A DNA stretch of 63,810 nucleotides, filler included, from Octopus bimaculoides (Eukaryota): NCBI RefSeq assembly GCF_001194135.2. It is 12 parts of 9 records of this genome, joined end to end, with 100 filler letters (N's around TTAATTAATTAA, not from the genome) between each part and the next. Parts side by side here need not be neighbours in the genome. Positions count along the whole stretch, not along the records: positions 52,884 to 56,006 come from NC_068989.1; positions 56,107 to 60,230 come from NC_068985.1; positions 60,331 to 62,532 come from NW_026318320.1; positions 62,633 to 63,810 come from NC_068987.1; 8 more parts are not named here. One strand, 5' to 3'. The notes under the pieces were generated by a model, which did no database searches, was not told the origin of the DNA, and saw nothing but the letters and a program-made list of their open reading frames with translations. This document shows, one piece after another, positions 54,731 to 63,810 of this stretch (the stretch's first letter is position 1; the number at the start of each line of letters is the position of its first letter). The translations under genes were made by a program, and so were the position numbers.

Positions 54731-56106
54731 ACATATTGTAAAGGATTAAATAACCTTTATCTGCACAAACAAGATTTCTGCGCTTTTTCACCTTAAATAT
54801 TTTTACACACACACACATATATGTATTTGTGCGTGTATGTATACCCCATGCACAGACACACGTATGTATGTATGTATGTATGTATGTTTGTAGGTAGGTA
54901 GGTAGGTATGTATGACAGGCTAAGAAATTTGTTTCTCAACTACATGGCTTCAGGTCTTCTGCTTTAGCGGCAGGTCAATCAATGACAAAAGTAGATAGTA
55001 ACTGAAAGCAGCATGTGGTGTGTGTGTATTAAAGAATTATTCACTGGATAATCACAGCCGGAATGTGCATATATATATNNNNNNNNNNNNNNNNNNNNNN
55101 NNNNNNNNNNNNNNNNNNNNNNNNNNNNNNNNNNNNNNNNNNNNNNNNNNNNNNNNNNNNNNNNNNNNNNNNNNNNNNNNNNNNNNNNNNNNNNNNNNNN
55201 NNNNNNNNNNNNNNNNNNNNNNNNNNNNNNNNNNNNNNNNNNNNNNNNNNNNNNNNNNNNNNNNNNNNNNNNNNNNNNNNNNNNNNNNNNNNNNNNNNNN
55301 NNNNNNNNNNNNNNNNNNNNNNNNNNNNNNNNNNNNNNNNNNNNNNNNNNNNNNNNNNNNNNNNNNNNNNNNNNNNNNNNNNNNATGTATATATATATGT
55401 ATGTATGTATGTGTGTGTGTGTACGTGTGCATGGAGCAGGAGACAGTATTACCAGTCACCACTTGTACTAGTGCTGTACTAGAGATGACCTGTTATTTCT
55501 AGCGTTGGAGGTCAACAGCTGTACATAGAAGACGATGAAATCTATTGACAATGTTGACAACAAACTTTTATTATTTTTGAAGCAAAATACAAATACTATT
55601 GCTACTACAAATGACAAACGTTGGTAATTGTCATAGTGTTCAAAAAGTTAACAGCTCGTTGTTGTGTTGCTGTGTCTGATAGTTCATAATGATGATGTCA
55701 GCTTGATTCAGCCACTGCTTGTGTTTGTTTGCCGTCTGTCTGCTGCGTTTCTTCGTGCTCCCTCTGCTATATCGCAAAGCTCTCTATCTGGTGGTTGTGT
55801 GTGTGTGCCATTTTATACTTATTGATGCACACCAAAAGTTGAAATTATTGCAGGAGCCTGTTTCGTATGAGGTCGTGATTAGCCAGATTTTGGTGATCAT
55901 GTGGGTAATATTCTTTCCATGTAAAGTCGTGATTGGTCAGATTTTGTTGATGACATGGGTAAAATTCCAACGAATCGCATCTTTGGGTGATTGCTGAATA
56001 TATATANNNNNNNNNNNNNNNNNNNNNNNNNNNNNNNNNNNNNNNNNNNNTTAATTAATTAANNNNNNNNNNNNNNNNNNNNNNNNNNNNNNNNNNNNNN
56101 NNNNNN

Positions 56107-56325
56107 TATATAAATGTGTGTGTGTGTGTGTCCCCTCCCTCACCATCGCTTGACACCGATGTTAGTGTGTTTACATCCCTGTACTTAGCAGTTCAGAAAA
56201 AGAAACTGATAGAACAAGTACTAGGTTTACAAAGAATATGTTCTGAGGTTGATTCGTTCAACTAAAGGCAGTGCTCCAGCATGGCTACAGTCAAATGACT
56301 GAAACAAGTAACAGAGTAAAAGAGA
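56107..56325 (+). mobile_element. SINE family C, 3' half
   Basis: Starts at a (TG)n tract. Homologous to the 46260-46465 region. Confidence 0.85.
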
Positions 56326-56691
56326 ATATATAGAATGAAATGTTGTCACAAGGCATTTTTCAGCCCTCGGCTTTAGTGAGAGACACTTCCTAAGGTACTA
56401 TGCATGAATCTTAAAATTCTGTGATTACAAAGCAAAATCACCATTCCATAACCAAGCCTACATATAGTAGCATAGAGGGTAAATTCGTAGCAAACTGCTT
56501 TTTTTTGTTTTTGTGTTTATACATATTTTAGTTATTCTTCTTCACTTGTTAAAGCCATGAATCTCACAACTCTAAAAATCAATAGAGTTAATCAACCATT
56601 AATTGATTGCTCTGATCAGGAAAATTGAAGCAATTGAACATTTTTCTTATAATACTACTTTACAGGATATATAAATGTTGGTTTCTCCTTT

Positions 56692-57838
56692 TGGTACAAG
56701 GCCGGCAAGCTCAGGAGGCAGGATTACATCAACCCCAGTGTTCAACTGGTACTTATTTTATCAACCCCAAAAGAATGAAAGGAAAAGTTGACCCCAGCAA
56801 CATTTGCAGACAGAATGTAAAGACAGACAAAATGCTACTAACGATTCTGCCAGCTCACAGCCTTACGGATAAATAAATATTTAGTCTTACTCATGGTTTC
56901 GTTCATATGACTCATAACTCAAATCTTAGATTAGTAATACACCTGACGTGGGAAATTATGAACCAACAAGGAAAACTATATATAATCATTTCATCTATTA
57001 GAAATAACAAGCAAATCATCCTCAAATTGAACTATATTATCTTAAACAAAAGGAAAAGGTATACTACAATTTTTGTTTGTTTGCATGAGCTGTAGGACTC
57101 ATGGAGTTAGAGCTTGATCTGGTTTCCAATGTGGATAAGTCACTGTGGTTACAACAGGATGCTGGCTCATTGACAGGTGAATGGACTGAAGCAACATGAA
57201 ATGAAGAGTTTTGCTCAAGAGCACAAAACACCACTTGGTCCAGGAATTGAAACAACAATCTTATGATCTAGGATGCAATACCGTAGCCCCAAGGCCATGT
57301 ACCTTCACAATGTAATCATGGATGATTTTGTTTAGAATGAGTTTGATTAATTATAGTTCTTTTGTAAGGTGGTGAGCTAGAAGAAACGTTAGCATACTGG
57401 TAAAAATGCTTAGTTGCATTTCATCTGTCTATACATTCTGAGTTGAAATTCTGCTGAGGTCAGCTTTGCCTTCATCCGTTGAGAGTTGATAAAATAAATA
57501 CCAGTCGAGCACTGGGGTTGTTGTAATCTATTTACCCCTTCTTCCAAAATTGCTGGCCTTGTGTCAAAATGTGAAACCAATTATAGCTCTCTTGAATTCA
57601 AGTTGACCTGAGCTAATAATAATCCTTTCTACTGAAGGCACAAGGCCTGAAATTTTGGGGGAGGGGACTAATCGACTACATTGGCCCCAATGTTTCACTG
57701 ATACTTGATTTATGGACATCAAAAGGATGAAAGGCAAAGTCAACTTTTGTGGAATTTGAACTCAGAACATAATGATGGATGGAATGCTGCTAAGCATTTT
57801 GCCTGGTATGCTGAAGCTTCTATCAACTTGTCACCTTA
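56692..57838. mobile_element. SINE cluster: M(-) 56692-56872, A(-) 57130-57310, M(+) 57366-57578, M(-) 57618-57838
   Basis: Each segment is homologous to the other family copies in the window. Confidence 0.82.
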
Positions 57839-58075
57839 ACCTGGGCTAATAACGACAACAAAAACAACTATTATGATATGTTCAAGTTTTAATCAAAGCT
57901 GACATTTCACATTATTTACTTGATTATTATACTGTTTGTTAATGCTGTTGTTGTTCAGCCCTAGGTCAATATTGATTGAGCAGACATACCAAATCCATTC
58001 CGGTCATAACCAACCAATCTTTTAATTCAAGGCATGATTGGAAGGTAATGGTTTACTTGGAACTACATTATCTAA

Positions 58076-58297
58076 TATCTGTCCTCTTTTTATCATTTTT
58101 TTTTCATAAGACAACAGAGTCTGATTTGATGTAGATTTAGCTGCTATTTCTAGTACTTCAAAGCTACCATGTAAGCACTCTCTTATATCTGTCCTTCCCT
58201 TTTTTATTTTTTTTTTTATAAGACAACAGAGTCTGATTTGATGTAGATTTAGCTGCTATTTCTAGTACTTCAAAGCTATCATGTAAGCACTCTCTTA
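58076..58297. repeat. ~110-bp direct tandem duplication
   Basis: tatctgtcct...ataagacaacagagtctgatttgatgtagatttagctgctatttctagtacttcaaagct..atgtaagcactctctta occurs at 58076 and 58186. Confidence 0.92.
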
Positions 58298-58899
58298 CCA
58301 GGGCATGTGTTTAATTATGAATATGATGTCAGTGAACAAGTCATGATTTTAAATTCGATGTTGTATATAATCAATGATCAGCATACATTGCGTATATAGA
58401 TCCTATCTTTCTCTTTTAACCCTTTTAATAGACATATCTGCCACACCCATCTTTGATGACACATTTCTCTTTGACAGCAGGAAATCGTGTTCACCCACAA
58501 AATTCACACAGGAAGTTATGTTTTTCTTGCATTCATCATTTCATCATTTCCATGTGATACATTGCGGTATCTAGCATTAGAGATCATCGTAGGATTAAAC
58601 CAGTGTGTAATGGTGGTGGTGGGTAGAGTGGATGGGGTGTGGTTTAGTGGTGGTGGGTCGTTGTAGAGGGTCTTTTTATAATTGTAGGTCACGTTGAATA
58701 AAGTAAAATATCGTATAAGGTTCACATTAAATGGAAAGTTCTTTAAATTTACAGAGGAATGTGGTTATAAATATTGAAGTAAGAAATATAAAATGTTTAA
58801 AAAAAAAATCTTTTAATGACTTGTATATGCATAAAGCACACAAATATATGCATAGATATACAAACACACATATACTGTATATATATATGACATATATGC

Positions 58900-58938
<39 letters not shown>

Positions 58939-59040
58939 NNNNNNNNNNNNNNNNNNNNNNNNNNNNNNNNNNNNNNNNNNNNNNNNNNNNNNNNNNNNNN
59001 NNNNNNNNNNNNNNNNNNNNNNNNNNNNNNNNNNNNNNNN

Positions 59041-59089
<49 letters not shown>

Positions 59090-59839
59090 TACGTATATAT
59101 ATATATGTATATACATACATATATATATACACACACATATATTTATATGAAAATGATATGATATATATATATATATTTATATATATATAAAGGAAACAGA
59201 AAATAGAGAAGTACTGTTGAACAACAATTGACTTACATCAGTTATTATTTATCAATTCAATGCAAATAGACTGCATCTCATCTACCATCTGTTTCTACTT
59301 TCAATGTTGTATGATATTGCCATTGATATGCAAAGTATGTAAAAATATTAATCATATTTGGTAATAAAGCAAAGGTCTTAGCAAACTAACTTGACATCTC
59401 AAAGATTGTAATAAAAAATTTTCTTTGGATTGGAAAATTTTGTCAAGTTCGTTTCCCTATGATAACGGGAAATCTTTCTGCTCTCTTTGTATGGATGAAC
59501 AACTATTTATCCTTTTTCCCAAACACAGATTGATCAATACATATAAAGAACGTGTTTACAGGTGTTTGCATTGGAAAAAACACATTTTCAGCTATTTCAA
59601 ATAGTATCTGCTGCCTTACCTAATAATATTGCAACTTAAACTTTATCCTTTTCATCCCATACTTCCTATTCTTTCCTTCATCTTCTCTATCTATCTGTCA
59701 TTCACTTTCTATTTGTTTATACCTTCATTACTCCTTTAATTCTCTTTCTCTCTTCCTTCTCTTGTCCTTTGACATCAAATTTCTTAATGGTATTTTAAAA
59801 CTGCTAGTGTTCCCTATCCACCTTTGTTTTCCCTATATA

Positions 59840-60230
59840 TCTATACTATATATAAAACAGAGATGTGTGTGTAATCGCTTATCACGTGAAAACGGCTTCA
59901 ACATTTACTCCCATACTTGTGATGCATGAATAATTTGACCTTGGATAAATCTTAGGCTCTTCATTTGATTTTTTTTTATTAAGATAAATAATATTGCTTT
60001 ATATTTAAGATTCACTTCTTTAAAAAGGTTCCTCAATGTCAACTTCCGGTAGCCATAGTTTTTTCTTCACTTTAACTTCAATCGTTACTGTTCGCACTAA
60101 AAGTTTAATCACATTTACTGATGTAAGTAATTTCATCATTTACTAACAGAAGTACGGTTTCGTGTTTCCCTGTTGCTGAGGTTTTTTTGTCTGGTACCTT
60201 CGATACTGGCTCTTTGGTTCACTGAGTGAC
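59840..60230 (+). mobile_element. Probable Helitron 5' end
   Basis: A|TCTATACTATATATAAAA start is typical of animal Helitron 5' termini. The 3' hairpin/CTAG end is not seen (runs into a gap). Confidence 0.55.
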
Positions 60231-60330
60231 NNNNNNNNNNNNNNNNNNNNNNNNNNNNNNNNNNNNNNNNNNNNTTAATTAATTAANNNNNNNNNNNNNN
60301 NNNNNNNNNNNNNNNNNNNNNNNNNNNNNN

Positions 60331-62532
60331 GAGAGACAGAGAGAAAGAGAGACAGAGAGACAGAGAGAAAGAGAGACAGGGAGACAGAGAGACAGAGAGA
60401 CACAGACAAAGAGAGACAGAGAGAAAGAGAGACAGAGAGACAGAGAGACAGAGAGACAGAGAAACAGAGAGAAAGAGAGAAAGAGAGACAGAGAGACAGA
60501 GAGACAGAGAGAAAGAGAGACAGAGAGAAAGAGAGACAGAGAGAAAGAGATACAGAGAGACAGAGAGACAGAGAGAAAGAGAGACAGAGAGACAGAGAGA
60601 AAGAGAGACAGAGAGACAGAGAGACAGAGAGAAAGAGAGACAGAGAGAAAGAGAGACAGAGAGACAGAGAGACAGAGAGACAGAAATACAGTGAGAAAGA
60701 GAGACAGAGAGACAGAGACACAGAGAGAAAGAGAGACAGAGAGACAGAGAGAAAGAGAGACAGAGAGACAGAGAGACAAAGAAACAGAGAGAAAGAGAGA
60801 CAGAGAGACAGAGAGACAGAGAGAAAGAGAGACAGAGAGACAGAGAGAAAGAGAGACAGAGAGACAGAGAGACAGAGAGACAGAGAGAAAGAGAGACAAA
60901 GAGAAAGAGAAACAGAGAAACAGAGAGACAGAGAGAAAGAGAGAAAGAGAGACAGAGAGAATGAGAGACAGAAAGACAGCGAGAGAGAGAGACAGAGAGA
61001 AAGAGAGACAGAGAGACAGAGAGAAAGAGAGACAGAGAGACAGAGAGACAGAGAGACAGAGAGAAAGAGAGACAGATAGACAGAGAGACAGAGAGACAGA
61101 GAGAAAGAGAGAAAGAGAGACTGAGAGACAGAGAGACAGAGAGAAAGAGAGACAGAGAGACAGAGAGACAGAGAGAAAGAGAGACAGAGAGACAGAGAGA
61201 CAGAGAGACAGAAAGAAAGAGAGACAGAGAGACAGAGAGACAGAGAGAAAGAGAGACAGAGAGAAAGAGAGACAGAGAGAAAGAGACACAGAGAGACAGA
61301 GAGACAGAGAGAAAGAGCGACAGAGAGAAAGAGAGACAGAGAGACAGAGAGAAAGAGAGACAGAGAGACAGAGAGACAGAGAGACAGAGAGAAAGAGAGA
61401 CAGAGAGACAGAGAGACAGAGAGACAGAGAGAAAGAGAGACAGAGAGACAGAGAGACAGAGAGANNNNNNNNNNNNNNNNNNNNNNNNNNNNNNNNNNNN
61501 NNNNNNNNNNNNNNNNNNNNNNNNNNNNNNNNNNNNNNNNNNNNNNNNNNNNNNNNNNNNNNNNNNNNNNNNNNNNNNNNNNNNNNNNNNNNNNNNNNNN
61601 NNNNNNNNNNNNNNNNNNNNNNNNNNNNNNNNNNNNNNNNNNNNNNNNNNNNNNNNNNNNNNNNNNNNNNNNNNNNNNNNNNNNNNNNNNNNNNNNNNNN
61701 NNNNNNNNNNNNNNNNNNNNNNNNNNNNNNNNNNNNNNNNNNNNNNNNNNNNNNNNNNNNNNNNNNNNNNNNNNNNNNNNNNNNNNNNNNNNNNNNNNNN
61801 NNNNNNNNNNNNNNNNNNNNNNNNNNNNNNNNNNNNNNNNNNNNNNNNNNNNNNNNACTTAATCTTCACAGATGCCCCAACCGTCCACTACAGTCAGTGC
61901 TGCCCTCTTGCATCGAGTCTAATGCGCACAATTCTCAATCGAAGTGAAGCTACATTCGATTTATAAGAAGCCAGTGTTTACAGAAAGACTTCTCTGAACA
62001 GACTTCAAACACACTCCTTTTGTCACCAGTATCTTTAGAAGGCGTAGGTGTTGTTGTTGTTTTTTTGTCACCAGTATCTTTAGAGAGACAGAGAGACAGA
62101 GAGAAAGAGAGACAGAGAGACAGAGAGACAGAGAGAAAGAGAGACAGAGAGACAGAGAGAAAGAGAGACAGAGAGACAGAGAGACAGCGAGACTGAGAGA
62201 CACAGAGAAAGAGAGACATAGAGACACAGANNNNNNNNNNNNNNNNNNNNNNNNNNNNNNNNNNNNNNNNNNNNNNNNNNNNNNNNNNNNNNNNNNNNNN
62301 NNNNNNNNTAGAGAGACAGAGAGACAGAGAGAAAGAGAGACAGAGAGACAGAGAGACAGAGAGAAAGAGAGACAGAGAGACAGACAGACAGAGAGACAGA
62401 GAGAAAGAGAGACAGAGACAAAGAGAGACAGAGAGACAGAGAGACAGAGAGAAAGAGAGACAAAGAGACAGAGAGACAGAACGAAAGAGAGACAGAGAGA
62501 CAGAGAGAAAGAGAGACAGAGAGAAAGAGAGA
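60331..62532. repeat. Long purine-rich compound satellite built from GAGACAGA/GAGAAAGA/GAGACAGAGA units
   Basis: Directly visible. Interrupted by gaps and a short unique island at 61857-62080. Confidence 0.95.
61944..62033 (-). pseudogene. Decayed C2H2 zinc-finger unit
   Basis: DTGDKRSVFEVCSEKSFCKHWLLINRM*LH fits the linker HTGxK plus F-x5-L-x2-(H)-x3-H spacing, with H>D, C>F, H>R changes and a stop. Confidence 0.4.
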
Positions 62533-63541
62533 NNNNNNNNNNNNNNNNNNNNNNNNNNNNNNNNNNNNNNNNNNNNTTAATTAATTAANNNNNNNNNNNN
62601 NNNNNNNNNNNNNNNNNNNNNNNNNNNNNNNNGTGCTAGTGGTGGTGGTGGTGGTGGTGGTGGTGGTGGTGATGATGGTACTGGTTTTATCTGTTTTGGA
62701 AGTTCTGCGCAAATGATGGAATCAGTTTCATTGAGATGAATCTTATTTGTAAATCACATCGAACTGTGTGCTTGTAGCAAGACCTCAATTTTTGCTTTTT
62801 TTGTTTGTTTTTGTCTTTTTTTTTTTGTTTGTTTTTGTCATAGCATTATTGATTGAAAGATAATTTGTAGCAAATTACTTGTGAATAGGAGAATGGGAAG
62901 ATTGTAATTCCCCGTGATCTTAATTTTAAAATTCACATCCATAAATTATACCTACCCGCATAAATTTATTCAAATCAGATGTGTCAATTTCAGTAGCGGA
63001 CAAGCATGCCAACATAATCAGCTACAGCACCAAGCTTACTGCTTCTTTTCGAGAGGTAGAGAGAAAAAGAAAGAGAGAGATATATAGGCAGACAGAGACA
63101 GAGAGAGAGGAGTGAAAGAGATTTTGGTAGTTTAAGAGTATCAAAAAGATAAATGAATCTGGAAAGATGAGACAAAGAGTATGGGATAGGGAGAAAGTAA
63201 GAAAAGTTGTTTATAACAAAGCAGTTAAAAGGGAGAGATAAAAAAGAAGGGACAGAAAGAGAAAGCGAGAGAGAAAGCAAGAGAGAAAAGAAACAGAACG
63301 GCTGGAGGCGGTAAAGATTTCAACAAGGTGTAGAATACTAAAATACAGATATTCAGCACTGTGGTGGCAGCGGATACTCAGGAAATAGTGACATACAACA
63401 GACGTAACAAAAAAGAAGAGCATTAATGAATTATGTCTGTATGTATGTATGTATGTATGTATGTATGTATGTATGTATGTATGTATGTATGCATGTATGT
63501 ATGTTTGTATGTATGTACGTTCATATGTATGTAGGTTTTTA

Positions 63542-63578
<37 letters not shown>

Positions 63579-63594
63579 GTGTGTATGCTTCTCC

Positions 63595-63780
63595 TTACTC
63601 CATCACCAACTGTTAGTATGCTTACGTCCCCGTAACCTAGCAGTTCTGCAAAAGAGCTCGACAGAATAAGTACTAGGCTTGCAAAGAATAAGTCCTGGGG
63701 GGATCATTTGTTCGACTAAAGGCGGTGCCCCAGAATGGCCGCAGTCAAATGACTGAAACAAGTAAAAGAGTAAAAGATCA
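63595..63780 (+). mobile_element. SINE family C, 3' half, preceded by (TATG)n(TG)n
   Basis: Homologous to the 46290-46465 region. Confidence 0.85.
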
Positions 63781-63810
63781 TATGCAAATGGATGTGTACA
63801 TATATATATA

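Noticed and set aside
60691-61947. 418-aa Arg/Glu-rich ORF and the antisense SLCLSV ORFs
   Set aside because: Translations of the GA satellite plus N gaps. No splice or compositional support.

Overview
AT-rich animal genomic DNA, very probably an octopus (inferred from its tRNA-derived SINE families and extreme microsatellite load; not database-verified). It is a draft assembly with many N gaps, 11 of which carry an artificial TTAATTAATTAA stop linker. The only clear host coding sequence is the terminal exon of a nicotinic acetylcholine receptor (Cys-loop) subunit at 18104-18490 (+). It encodes the end of the cytoplasmic loop, the MA helix and TM4. No upstream exon was recognised, so the intron appears to exceed 18 kb. 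The rest is mostly decayed mobile DNA: R4/Dong-clade restriction-like-endonuclease LINEs clustered at (AAT)n tracts, Penelope-like (GIY-YIG) remnants, a Tx1/L1 RT fragment, mariner/maT/DD41D-type transposase remnants, a MITE, a Helitron 5' end, several SINE families and a long GA-rich satellite. Best second-look items: a topologically complete but core-mutated minimal hammerhead ribozyme behind a Penelope remnant (54694-54727), a hammerhead-like variant at 9016-9051 (-), a ~74-bp near-perfect fold-back with one A-C mismatch (33122-33285), four adjacent hairpins at 42021-42142, inverted SINE pairs in and around the receptor gene (candidate ADAR substrates), and orphan splice signals (an AG|GT site at 1086/1087 and a 33-nt microexon candidate at 22226-22258). 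No complete novel multi-gene system is evident. Most ORFs in the track are microsatellite or gap artefacts.
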